Below the pieces are notes generated by a model. It had not been told where the DNA came from and made no database searches. It was given only the letters and a program-made list of their open reading frames with translations. The translations under genes and the position numbers were made by a program. Positions 13,298 to 29,200 of a stretch of 64,000 nucleotides of DNA are shown piece by piece. Every line of letters starts with the position of its first letter. Position 1 is the stretch's first letter. The stretch comes from Entomortierella parvispora E1425 (taxonomy: Eukaryota; Fungi; Mortierellomycota), in NCBI GenBank assembly GCA_020891255.1, contig BQFW01000006.1:1922001-1986000 (forward strand), written 5' to 3'.

Positions 13298-16200
13298 TTA
13301 CAACAGTTTGACAATCTCGTCTAGAGGGAAGATCAGGTAAACCGAGCTTGTAAATACCAGGTTCATCAAGGATATCTCTCGTTTGCATACAGTTTTATCA
13401 TTCTCCGGTGTACTTACTTGCAACAGCCGAGGTGGCAATTTTTTCTGATGTTGCCCTGGACAGGACAGCCGACTGAAGCATCTCCTTGACCCCAAAGATG
13501 GCAGCCGATTCCCTGGCGCTTTCGTGGCCAAAGATTAGATTGCCAAGTGCAACCAGCAACCGGTACTGGACCTGCTGGTCCCGCTCCTTCTCCAGAATCT
13601 TTGTCAGGACTCCCACGTACTGGATGGCGAGGGCATCATCGTCATGTCGTTTCAACAGCAAGGTTGAGTAGCTCATGTACACTGTCGCCACGGCAAGTTT
13701 CAGGTTCTTGTTGGTGCTTTGCCACACAGCGTCATCTTCCATGACTTCCAGCGTCCCCTCAAGATCCTGTACAGCAACCACCTTCCCAAGCTCTGTTTCG
13801 CAAAAGTTGACGACAAGGCGTGCCACAAGCATCAGGCTCGTTTCATGGGTTCGGGTGGCAGCCAAAAGAGTCTTCAGCAGATCGGGGGTTTCGGCAGGAC
13901 TCTGAGAGTACAGCGCCAGGAGGCGGAGCAGATCCAGAGCGGGGAATCGATTGGCCTCTGGCCAAGTGTTGAAGATCTTCAGCAGCAGTGAGACAAATTG
14001 TGGTTGTGGCATAGGCTGCTTTGGAGGCGACGACAGGAATTTGATGAGGGCGTCCAATTGAGTCAATTCACTGTCATTCAAAGCAACTCCTGAGGAAGCC
14101 AACTCCGTGTTCAACTGAAGAATCTTTTTGAGAATGGCTGGCAAATTGGCGTCTCTGAAAGGGACGTTTGTCAGCTACGAAGCAGGAGAGAATTTTTGTA
14201 AACAACTTATCCAGTAGGCCATATATTGTCTGTAATTCATTCACAAACCTGGGGCACAATTCTCTTGACAGCGGGTTGGGCTTGTGTCTTGGGAGTATCA
14301 TTTCCCCAAGGGTTGTACTGCGAATGTGAAAGGAATGTTAGCATGCTAGCTTTGCCATTGTCAAAATCGTCAACCGTCCGCAACATGTCACAATGTAGTC
14401 TTACCGAGCCCATTGATCCACCAGAAGAGCTCGACTGCCCAGGAGTGTAGCGAGATCCGCCTGTAAGTTTGAAAGTAAAAGTCAGTCGGTCATTTCCATA
14501 CTCTTATTTGAGATTTGTACCTTTGATAGACTGCTTACCTGTGAATGGATCTCCAGCAGAGGCAAACTCTCCCTGAGAAACTGCGCGGGCGTTTTTGGTG
14601 ATAAAGTCTGCAACCTGGTCCAGATATCCCTGGGGAAGCTCATATTTATCCAGGAAGTTTTGAGCTGCAGTGTAGGGGTTCTCGGTGACATTAAAGGGGA
14701 GCTTCAAGGCAGGGACACCTTCGCCTACATCAATGTCAAAGACATGATCGTATTCAATGCCATTGTAAAGTTGCTTCCTGTTCTGCCCGACTGCGTCCAC
14801 AACTTCTCCGATCTTGGACCAAGCTTGTTCGGCGCTCGACCACTAAGATAAAGGGTAATAGGGTGAGTACTGAGTGTCTTCCAAGCATCTGGGGGCACTG
14901 ATATGCATCCTGGAACTCGTGAGGTATTACCATATGTGCCTCCACAACGTTGCCGACGCGGACCATCTTCACATCCTGATCCTTCCTGCCAGGTTGTTCC
15001 AACGCTTCAGGACCAGGGAGATCATCCTTCTTGATATCCCCTACTTGATTTCTATTGAGAGCTGGTTGTTAGATCAATGTCAGACAGGGAGGTGGTCCAT
15101 GAAGTTTGAATCACTTACGCCGGGATAGAAGCGGCTGCGTTTTCCTCGTCATATGCCTTTAGTGTTGCAGCATCAGCAACGCGTTCCGCTGTCCTTGTAA
15201 AGATGCGAACAAAGCCATCCGAGCCACCGCTGACAATATCGCCGTTGGGAAGTGTGGCTACACACCACACGGACACACAAGGATGGATAATTGTCTGCGT
15301 GCACTCTCCGTCTATAAAGAAAAAATGACGGTTAGTGATATGTGCATATCACAAGTACGTAGCTCTGGGAGCCAGAAATCATATACATCAGCCACATACT
15401 CTGCCACACACGCACTGTGCGATCTTCGCCGCTTGAAAAGATTTCTCCAGTTGGAAGGGTCGCCAGTGAGTACACGAATGACGTATGTCCATCCAGGGCC
15501 TGGAGAGGGTCTCCATTGTTAGACCAGACAATGACTGCGCCGTCATTTCCACAGGATACGAATCCAATGCCAGGCAAAAGAGCCAAAGATCTGACACAGT
15601 CCTCATGTCCAGTAACTGTTTTGATCTTTTTGCCATCCTTCCACATGCCTATCGTCTTGTCGGCGGATGCTATGAGGGCAAAACACTTGCGTCAGTTTCC
15701 AGGGTCGAGGACGATGAATAGGTGAATGCATTCTTATTGGCTAATACCTGTAACAATCACTTCGTGCTCCAGCTCGAGTACACCCCAGATGGCCTGAGTA
15801 TGTCCCTCAAGGGTGTAGACGCACTGCCAGTTTCTCCAGATCTTTGCCGTTCTATTCCAGTTGGGAAAACTTTGTTAGATGCAGTCCCGGGTCATGATCA
15901 AAATTTAGTATGAAGCTCCTTACTTGTCCCAGGATCCCGAGACGATATGACCATCGGTGTCAGCATACAACGAGCAAACATTATCCGAGTGTCCAGTCAG
16001 GGTGTAGATGGGCTGGCTAGCATCCTCAGGGTCCCAGACATTGATCTTTTTGTCACTTCCTCCTGTTACAATAAGACCTATTGGAAATATCAGGAGACTG
16101 TAAGTTCCTTGAGCAACAGAATGCTGCCCATTGACATGGAGTCAAAACACGAACCATTGGGGTTTGCTTCCGAGGCACCGATGAATGCGACCGAGTTTAC

Positions 16201-16511
16201 ATAGTTGCTGTGGCCAAGAAAGATGCGCTCCTCGGAGAATGTATTGGTAGATTGTCTCTTCCAAGTCCTGGCAGTCTTATCGCGCGAGACGGAGACGACA
16301 GTCGAGTCTGTTGGGGCAATAACCGCTTTGACCTAATGGTGAGACATGCAGAAAGGTGGGGGCCATGTGAGCGAGCCAGTCAACATGGTAGATTGAAGCA
16401 CGAGCACGAGCTCTAGCAGCGTGAGAAGGGGTCGCTTACATCGCCCTGGTGACCAGTGAGAATGGCCGAGAGTTGCCATGTGTGCTTGTTGGGAGCAGCA
16501 GAGGAGGCCAT
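13298..16511 (-). CDS. DOA1: Doa1/Ufd3/PLAA (WD40-PFU-PUL ubiquitin/Cdc48 adaptor), multi-exon
   Basis: N-terminal WD40 (WQLSAILTGHQGDV; TVTGHEDCVRSL; LDGHTSFVYSLA), PFU (YDHVFDIDVGEGVPALKLPFN...ENPYTAAQNFL), PUL (WPEANRFPALDLLRL; YRLLVALGNL). Spliced end AVANEIVKLL* at 13298. Confidence 0.93.
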
Positions 16512-16818
16512 TGGAGAGGAGATGCGATATGGTATGGTCTGTAAGAGTACTGTTCCTGCGGTTTCTAGGGATGAATGATAGAGGGAGGTCTGTTGAGGTG
16601 ATGGCAGGAAAGAATGAAGAGGGACAACGTGCTCCAAGGCACACACTCGCAAGGCAACGCGTCCCTCGTCCTCTGGACTGGAAGGAAGACAAAAGGACAG
16701 TCACTCATCCCAAGCGCCGGTTGGGATAAAAAAAACGGTGTCCCCCCGTATCGTGGTTTTTTTTCTGCTTCAGTCTCACTTTCAACAATACTCTCTCTCA
16801 TTCAACTTTCCTTTCACC

Positions 16819-19800
16819 ATGCAGGATCAGCAGAACGCCATTGCGCTCGATCACATTGCAAACCTGATCCTCACTGCTTCCTCCAAGGAGTCTTATCATG
16901 CCACCGTTACTTGGTTCGAGCAGCTGGGCTTTAAGCCGATCATGACCGAATCCTCTGCAGAGACGACCGCGACTTGGTTGCAGCTCTTTTCCTCTTCTGC
17001 GTCGATCCACGACGTATCGCTCAAGATCGTCCTTTCACCTTCGGCTATTCGCAAGCTTGCCAACTCTAGCAAGATGGACTGGCGCAGTTTGCCTGCTATC
17101 GCTACGATCACAACCAACACCCTCAAGGTAACGACGACGAGAACGCGGCAATCAGCAAACTCTTTTTTTTGTTCTGCTCTCTTTGGACTGCTTCAACAAT
17201 ATCTCTTATCTCTTGATCTGTCCGCCAGTTGTTTTCCCACAGAAAAGACAGCCAGCAGGCTCTATTTTGTGTTGGGCAAAGTGCGTGACGGACGATGATG
17301 ATAATAATATCCGCTGTGTTTGATAATGAGAAACAGCGGTGGATCCGACACAAACACACACACCATATATATACACCGCTCTGGCCTGTATTTTTGAGAC
17401 TGACAAAACATGCCTTCTGACGGCAATGCTTCTTTAGGCTATCGAGACACTCTTCGCTAGCCTTCCCTGGGCTTACCAGAAATACAACGTGCCATCAAAA
17501 AAGTCAAGCGATTTCTCGGCTATCTACGCCCATGATCCACTGAACAACCTTTTGGTCTTTACCGATAAACCAAATCCGTTCGAGTCTAGTCCAAGGACCA
17601 CGGAAGTTCATCACGAGGTGAAGCCCGCTGTCCTCGCAGACCACCTCTTAAAAGTCGACGACAATGGAGGCAGGCGCCGCAAGATTGCAATCTTGACCTC
17701 GGGTGGAGATGCGCCTGGCATGAACGCCGCTGTGCGTGGAGTCGTGAGAGCCGCAATCGCTCGTGGATGTGATGCGTACGCTGTTCATGAGGGATATCAA
17801 GGTATTTTACCACAATCACGTATCAATTGTTCTTCGGAAAGGCTCGAGTTAGCTGACTGACTGGACCTTCCTATCTTGTGCTGGTTAGGTCTTGTGGATG
17901 GTGGTCATATGATCAAAAAGATGGGCTGGGATGATGTTCAAGGATACCTGAGCACAGGCGGTACTGTCATTGGTACCGCTCGCTGCAAAGCTTTCCGCGA
18001 ACGACCTGGTCGACTCCAAGCTGCCAAAAACATGGTCAAGGAGGGCATTGACGCGTTGATTGTTTGTGGAGGAGATGGATCATTGACTGGCGCTGACCTG
18101 TTCCGTTCCGAGTGGCCCAGTCTTTTGAAGGAACTTGTCAGCGCTGGCGAGCTTACAAAGGAAGAAGCTGACAATTTCAGTCACTTGAATATTGTCGGCC
18201 TTGTTGGATCGATCGACAACGATATGTCTTCGACCGACATCACTATCGGAGCCGTTACTTGCTTGCACCGTATTTGCGAGAGTATCGACTCAATCTCCAG
18301 CACTGCCTCGAGTCACTCTCGCGCGTTCGTTGTTGAGGTTATGGGACGCCACTGTGGATGGTTGGCGCTTATGGCTGGTATTGCTACAGGAGCCGATTTT
18401 ATCTTTATCCCCGAGCGTCCCCCATCGGGAGAAGACTGGCAAGATAACATGTGTGCAGAGATCAAGAGACATCGTGACTTGGGCAAGCGCAAGACGATCG
18501 TCATTGTGTGCGAAGGAGCCATTGACAGCAATCTGAAGCCAATTACCTCCAAGGACATGATGGATCTCTTGACAGACCGCTTGCACTTGGACACCCGTAT
18601 GACCATTCTCGGACATGTCCAGCGTGGAGGAACACCCTGTGTCTTTGATCGAAATTTGGCAACGATGCAGGGAGTTGAGGCTGTCGAGGCTGTCTTGGAC
18701 AGTAGACCAGACATTCCCAGTCCCATGATTGGAATGAACGAGAACAAGATTACTAGGACGGATCTCATGAAGGCTGTCGCTCTTGTAAGTTCCGGCTATA
18801 ACCAAGATGCTCTATATGAATGGTATTCTAACAAATCAATTGTTGCCGATATTAGACTGGAGAGGTTGCCAAGGCCATTGCCCGTAAAGACTTTATTGGA
18901 GCTATGGACCTCCGCGATCCCGCTTTCAACCAGCAGTACGAGCAATTCATGGCGACGACTCTTGCCAACTCCGAGGAGGGCGACAAGAAGGAGTCTCTTC
19001 GCATCGGTATCATTAACGTGGGCGCTCCTGCTGGAGGCATGAACGCGGCTGTGCGGGCTGCTGTTCGCTATGCTCGTAACAGAGGACACATCCCTTTTGG
19101 TATCCAGAACGGTTTCCCTGGGTTGATTGCCGGTCAAGTCAAGGAGATGAAGTGGATGGATGTTGATGGCTGGATCGCCCACGGAGGAAGCGAGTTGGGA
19201 ACCAACCGTGACCAGCCTTCTCTTGATCTTGGTATGGTCTCGTACCAGCTCCAAAAGTTCAACATCCAGAGCTTGCTCTTGATTGGTGGTTTCGAAGCTT
19301 ACACCGCCTGTTTGGAGATGTACAATGCCCGAAACGTATACCCAGCCTTCTGCATGCCCATGGTCCACATTCCAGCGACAATCAGCAACAACGTTCCTGG
19401 TACAGAGTTTAGTTTGGGGTGCGACACCAGTTTGAACGCCATCATGGAGTCTTGCGATGCGATCAAGCAGAGTGCCACCGCTAGCCGAAAGCGTGTCTTT
19501 GTGGTTGAGGTCCATGGTGGAAAGTCTGGGTTCTTGGCTGTGATGTCTGGACTGGCTGTGGGTGCCACCTCTGTGTACATTCCCGAGGAAGGTATCAATC
19601 TTGAGCGCCTTCAAAAGGATGTGAATCACCTTTGCCAGCGCTATGCTGAAGACGCAGAGGGAAAGTCTCAGGGTCGTGTCATTATCCGATCCGAGGCTGC
19701 TTCGAAGACGTATTCGACCGATATTGTGTCTGCGATCATCAAGGAAGAGGGTCACCAACAGTTTGACTCGAGAACCGCCATTCTGGGTCATATCCAGCAG

Positions 19801-20121
19801 GGTAATTCTCCTTCGCCGTTGGACCGTGTGCGGGCAATGCGTCTGGCCATCTGCTCGATTGACTTTATTGAGGAACATGCTTGTGCAGGGTCGTCGGCCT
19901 CGTCTACTGCGTCTCATGTGTCGACAGGACCAGCCGTCTACAACAAGGACCCAGAAAGCATTGCGGTTGCGGGTATCCAGGGTAGCAATGTCAGCTTTAC
20001 GAGCGTGGAGGGCTTGCTCAAGGACACCGACCTCAAGAACCGCAAGCCTGCGCAGACGTGGTGGATGGACTACAAGCGGACGGGCAACCTCCTGGCGCAC
20101 CGCTTCGACTTGCTGAAGTGA
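16819..20121 (+). CDS. PFK1: ATP-dependent 6-phosphofructokinase with fungal N-terminal extension, 4 exons
   Basis: [65 protein letters not shown], and a second-half repeat [14 protein letters not shown]...[10 protein letters not shown]...LGHIQQG. Confidence 0.97.
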
Positions 20122-20308
20122 TGGGTTGACGGGTGGTGTGCAATATTACCGCGAATAAAAAATAAAAGGCGATCAGAATTAATTTTAAACTAATAAACTA
20201 TTCGACATCACGTGTAGACAATTGACGTGGCACCAGAAGAGGCCTGCAGGCCTGTCCACTGTCTGGTCTCTTCCTTCCCCAGGTCCATGGAGCACTGAGC
20301 GTGCTTAA

Positions 20309-23242
<2,934 letters not shown>

Positions 23243-23339
23243 TCAACCATTATACCATGTGAATAAAAGGAAATGTCTTATCAGCAAAGAACTAGATAGG
23301 ATGGGCAATGGCCTAAATGTGCGTGCTGCGTTTATTGAA

Positions 23340-24747
23340 CTACTTCTTGCGGGCGCCACTCTCGCTGTACGCGGTAAGAATGTGCTCAATGATAGAGTCC
23401 ATGCCAACGCCATTCTTGACCTGAGCAAAGACCGTGGGTCCGGGTCCTCGCATTTTTGCTGAATCTCTGGCCATAACGTCCAAGTTGGCGCCCACAATCT
23501 CGGCCAAATCCGTCTAAAGGAATGAGATCAGAAGTGGTAAGAGGAGTTAAAAGCTGACAACTGTCGCCTATCCCAACTTTTTTTTTTTTTTTTTTTTTTT
23601 TTTTAGTGCAAGCCTCTTTGTTGAACTTACCTTGTTGATGACGAGGAGATCCGACTGACTGGTTCCTGGGCCTCCTTTGCGAGGGACCTTGTCGCCTCCT
23701 GCCACATCAATGACTACACGAGAAGAATTGCATTAGCCAACATGGTCTCCACATTCTAGTACGAAGAATGTCGGTTTAGGCAGGGTGGCGGGAACGTACC
23801 ATAGATGATATAATCGGCCAATTCACGCGAGTAGTTTGCTGCCAAGTTATCACCACCACTCTCAATCAACAACAGCTCTGGGTTGAATTTCGCCTGCAAT
23901 TGCTCCAACGCCGCCAAGTTGGCCGAGATATCCTCTCGAATGGCCGCATGGGGGCATCCTCCGGTCTCGATAGCCACGATCCGCTCAGGATCCTCCAGCG
24001 CCTTGTTCCGGATCAAGAAATCCGTGTCCTCGGTCGTGAAGATATCGTTGGTAACACAGGCCAAGCTGAACTCCTTGGACAAACGACGACACAGCTCGAG
24101 CATCAAGGCCGTCTTTCCTGAGCCGACTGGTCTATTGTTTCATTGATGTATGAGAAAGAGGTGTGTTAGTTTTCTGACTGAAAAAACGCTGTCGCGTCCT
24201 GGAGGACTGCTTGCATCCAATCACATGGGTCACGCCCAAAAAATGATACTATAAAAAAAAATGGATCAAAGCGGGTTGAGAGAGTCCCAGGCATTTTTGG
24301 ACGACGAACTGTGGGAACTCTTTCCCCCCCTTCTTTTCGCAACTCTTTTTCGTCCGAGAGAGAAAGAGAGAGATACCGGCAACAACAACAACAAAAAGAG
24401 AATGAAGAAATTCACGAAACATACCCTCCGATGCCAACAGTGAAGGTCCGCTCTTCCCAGTCCCGGTTATCATAGGCGGGCAAGACGCGCTCGACAAATT
24501 TGCCGGCGGTGTCGATCTGCTCATGACGATGTCCATGCTCGATATCAGCTTGAGTCCATCCATCGTATTTGGTTTGATTGTACTTTTGGCTGCTGGTTAA
24601 CTTTGGTGTTTCATGGTCGTGGGAATGACCTTGGCTGGTTGCAGCATGGTCGTGTGAATGGGAGTGTCCATCCCCACCGTGTTCGTGGTGGTGGTGGTCC
24701 TGAGTTCCTGGAGAGGTGGAACCGTGTTTTTCAAAGCGGCAGGACAT
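23340..24747 (-). CDS. ureG: Urease accessory GTPase UreG with His-rich N-terminus, multi-exon
   Basis: P-loop [33 protein letters not shown] (CPH Ni site), [27 protein letters not shown]. Stop TAG at 23340-23342. Confidence 0.96.
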
Positions 24748-24846
24748 TTCTTTATTGGATTCTTGGTGAGTTGTTGGTAGGGAAAGGAGAAGGCTTTCTG
24801 TTGGCGAGCTGAAAAAGAAAGTGGGAGGAAGGGTCCAGAGCGCCGC

Positions 24847-24855
24847 TTTTATATA
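24847..24855 (-). promoter_or_regulatory. TATA box candidate for ureG
   Basis: TATATAAAA on the minus strand about 100 bp upstream of the ureG ATG. Confidence 0.55.
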
Positions 24856-24940
24856 GCCTTGGCAAATGCAAATCCTCTGTAAAGTGAATTACCCAGAAAT
24901 CCAGCTTTTTTCAAAGAAAAAAGAGGAGGTTGTACCCGAC

Positions 24941-24988
24941 TAGACACTGCCCTTCCCGACCATTTAGACACTGCCCTTCCCGACCATT
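24941..24988. repeat. Perfect 24-bp tandem direct repeat (TAGACACTGCCCTTCCCGACCATT x2)
   Basis: Read directly; a partial CCCGAC precedes it at 24935-24940. Confidence 0.9.
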
Positions 24989-26274
24989 GGTGCAGGCAGG
25001 ACTGCAAGGGAGGTGCTGCCGAGGGAGAAGGAGTTCCATTTGCAGCTCAGACAAGCACCAATGGCGTAAACTGGCCATGCCAAAGGTCTATCCTCGGCGA
25101 AGACTATGTAGAGAGTTCTTGCCCAAAGGGGGTTGTCCCGACGTTTCCTATTGCCAAAGGTCGGACGATGCTATTCCGTGGCCATCCCTCTTGATATCAA
25201 AGAGAGACCAAGAGTTCGATCCAGCATCCAGACCGCCCTTTCAAAAAGAATAAAAACAAAGAAGACGAAAAGGGTTCGATGTTCGATACCTCGATAGGGT
25301 TTTGGCCTATCGAGACTCATTCCGAGAAAGAGGCGTTCACCTTGAAACGAAATGAAAGGGTGTTTTTTTTTTTGTTTTTTTTTTTTTTGGCCTCTGCTGC
25401 CCTCTCTCGCCCTCACTCGCCCCTCTTTGGTTTGAGATAAAAAATAAAATAAAAAAAACGCTGCGTCCTATCATGGATCTCGTTCAGAGAGGGCTGCCAC
25501 AGGGCGGGCGGGCAAAAAATTAAATGGGTGCCAATCTAGGCCCAGCTGAATCGCTGGACAGTCTGGACCGACAAATGCCAATGGTCAATATTTGCCCTAT
25601 TTGTCGGAAGCTAAACGGAAGCAGGTCCGCGAGGGTGCATTGCATTCAAGAAAACTGCACCAACGTGCATGAACGGACATGCAAAAGAAGCGCTATTAAA
25701 TTCTTCGTCGTCAGGAACAGAGAAACAGGGCTCGGCGAAATTGTTTTGTGCATAGAACCGTTGGCGCAAAGGATCGGAGAAACACTTTTTCATCATAACG
25801 AGCGAATGGCACTTGCACATTGAGGATAGCAAGTGGGGAGTACAGGCGCAAACAGATCGATATCTGGCCAATCCAACAGACATCTGCGCAGGTAGAGAGG
25901 AAAATGGGTCAAGAATCAAGCAAGGGCGGCATGGATGAACTCCTTTGAAAGGGACAGGGACGGAAATGACATGGCCAGTGAGCCAAGCAGGCGGTGAGTC
26001 CGCCCTTCAAACGGCCAGCAGTCAATCAGACCTTTAGATTGACCTCAACCAGCCAGAGCTTCTTCCGAGATTCCGGATGCCCATTTCTTGACTCTTTTTT
26101 TTTCTTCACTGTAATCTTGCTCGCCGCTTCTTTCTTTCTCTGCTCTTCCTCACTCTTCTCTTGGTTTGTCACTCTCTCTCTCATTTCACCCTCATTCTCC
26201 TACTCTCTATCCTCTTCCTGTCTTAGCCTCTCTCACACACCCTCTCTTTCTGCCTCTTGCCCACTCAACTTACC

Positions 26275-29200
26275 ATGAAGCTCGTACCGCGCGAACTCGA
26301 CAAGCTGGTTCTGCACCAAGTCGGATTTCTTGCCCAAAAGCGCCTTGCTCGTGGTCTACGTCTCAACAACACAGAAGCGACAGCCCTGATTGCCAGCCAG
26401 CTTGCAGAGTTCATTCGAGACGGCCGACACTCTGTAGCGGATCTGATGGATCTTGGCAAACAGTTCCTGGGCCGTCGTCAAGTACTGCCTGGTGTAGCTG
26501 AGGTCTTGATCGAGGTCCAGATCGAAGGCACCTTCCCCGATGGCACCAAGCTGGTCACTGTCCATGATCCGATTAGCAACGACAGCGGCAACCTGGAGCT
26601 AGCTCTCCACGGCAGTTTTCTGCCCATTCCGGACGTGGATCGATTCTTCCCCGCCATTACAGAGCAAGAAGAGGTGGCCTTTCCACATCCACCAGGCGCT
26701 ATTGTCACAGCACCAGGCAGTCTGACGTTGAACAAGGGCCGCCAGCGTCTTCGACTCGAGATAACAAACACAGGCGATAGACCCATCTTGGTAGGTTGAG
26801 CGTGTTTTTATTGACACTAAGGATATGATCCCAAGGTCACTGGGATGGAATGTGATGGGATGGCTTCTATATTGCCATTTGTTCCCCCTTCCCTCCGGCG
26901 ACGCATGAGCTTGTTGCACGCGACTCTTTCTGTGATATCGCTCCGACAACCCTGCAACCCTGCACCACACAAGATTCGCCATATTTTGTCACCGACAATC
27001 AAGATTTCCGTTGCCACCAATAACGAGCCAACCGGAGGATAACAAAAAGAGGCTCTCTGAAATGATTCCGTGGGCTGGCAGGCGACTGGTCAGACAAGAG
27101 GAGGGCGACCCTTGTTTTTTCATGTGTCAGCCTTCAACAACAACACCCTATCGGATGGACGGCAGTGATTAGCAGGTCTTCAGGGGGGGATAGCGCGGGC
27201 TATCTTGTTGTCTCTCAGCAAAGGGCGGTTTCTCAATCTCGTACTATCAATCACACGGGTGCGGTGGAGATTGCCTCCGGATACCACCCTTATTTCTTTG
27301 CCTATCTCTCTCGCTCTCGCGTGTTTATTTGTTTATTTGCCCACATTGGCATGCACTCGCGATCTGTTCCCCTTTTGAGGCTCTCCTTCTCCTTAATTCT
27401 CCACATTTGGATCATCGAATTTGGGGTGAATTGGTGAAAGAGGATTTATGTCATTCGCAGTGTTTGGATTGTCAAGGGATGGTCGAGAGAGGAACTGGGT
27501 GTTACTGTCCGTCTATGTTGTTCAGTGAGGCGTAAGCGAGTGTGGGCCAACGATGGTATCAAAGCCAGGTGTTTAGTGCCTTGTCCGGGTGTGCGAGTCA
27601 GAGGAGAAGGCTGGGATTACACAATGGTGACATGACTAACCCACAAAAAAAATCAACCATAGGTCGGTTCTCATTTCCATCTGATCGAGTCAAACAGTGC
27701 ACTAAAGATGGATAGGGCGCTGGCGTACGGTCGCAGACTTGATATCCCTGCTGGCTCTGCTATCCGATTCGAACCAGGCGAGAAGCACACAGTAACGATA
27801 GTGCCCATCGGAGGTAAAAAGCGCATCTCAGGAGGCAACAATTTAGCTACAGGGGTCGTGGACCCTGAGCGTCTGAATGAGATCATGCCCAACCTGATTG
27901 CAAAGAGTTTTGCGCACATGGATCAATCGCCCTCCCTGAACGCTCAGCCTTATCCAGAATACACTATCCCGCGAGAGGTTTATCAGTCATTTTACGGACC
28001 CACAGTCGGGGACAGAGTGCGATTGGGCGATACCAACCTTTGGATTGAGATTGAATATGACTACACCCATTATGGAGACGAATGCAAGTTTGGGGGCGGA
28101 AAGGTCCTCAGAGAGGGCATGGGTCAAGCCAACGGCGTTGCTGACGAGGATGCTCTAGACTTGGTGATTACAAACGCAATCATTCTTGACTACACCGGAA
28201 TCTACAAGGTACATCCCAATCAGAGGCAATGATATGGCCCCAGGTTTTCTATCTCAGACTCCTGAGTCTAATCTCATCTCTTTTTTTTTCCCTTTCCTCT
28301 TTGTACTTTGCAGGCTGATGTTGGTATCAAGAAGGGCATCATTACAGGAATTGGTAAAGCTGGCAACCCCGATGTGATGGAGAATGTCTCCCCAAACATG
28401 ATTGTGGGCGTTACAACGGAGGTCATGGCCGGAGAACATCAGATTGTCGTTGCAGGAGGTATCGATACCCATGTGCATTATATCTGCCCACAGCTGATAG
28501 AGGAAGCTTTGACTTCGGGATTGACAACACTTGTTGGAGGAGGCACTGGACCCAACACTGGATCGAATGCTACGACATGTACCCCTGCAGCCGAGTTTGT
28601 CAAAATGATGATGCAAGCCACCGACTCCTCACCTGTCAACATTGGTATTACTGGAAAAGGAAACACGGCCCACCTGAATGGAATCCATGACCAAGTCAAG
28701 GCTGGTGTTGTTGGACTAAAGTTGCATGAGGATTGGGGAACGACCCCTGCAGCAATTGACAACTGCTTGACAGCTTGCGATCTTTACGATGTTCAGGTAG
28801 GACAATCGAGGGCGAAGGCGATGAGTACCTTGTTGTTCTCTGCATCAAGTTTCTAACTAATTATATTTCGTACAGGCCACGATTCACACAGATACTCTTA
28901 ACGAGGCTGGGTTTGTGCAGTCAACCGTTGGAGCAATTGGAGGCCGCACCATTCACACATACCATACCGAGGGAGCTGGTGGAGGACATGCACCCGATAT
29001 TATCACTGTTTGTGGTCAATCCAATGTCTTGCCCTCAAGTACAACGCCGACACTTCCCTTTACCAAAAACACACTGGACGAACATATCGACATGTTGATG
29101 GTCTGCCATCATTTGGATAAGAACTTGCCCGAGGATGTTCACTTTGCTGAGAGTCGAATCCGTGGAGAGACCATTGCCGCTGAGGGCTGCCTTCATGACA

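Noticed and set aside
18796-20100. 434-aa minus-strand ORF
   Set aside because: Antisense shadow of PFK coding sequence.
24935-24988. CRISPR-like reading of the 24-bp repeat
   Set aside because: Only two abutting copies, no spacers, eukaryotic context and no cas genes.
25270-25300. GGTTCGAT as a possible tRNA T-loop (also GTTCGAA at about 3744)
   Set aside because: No cloverleaf stems or D-arm box A could be built.
24750-26270. GATA sites suggesting AreA-type nitrogen control
   Set aside because: A few scattered GATA cores are expected by chance in 1.5 kb; I saw no clear cluster.
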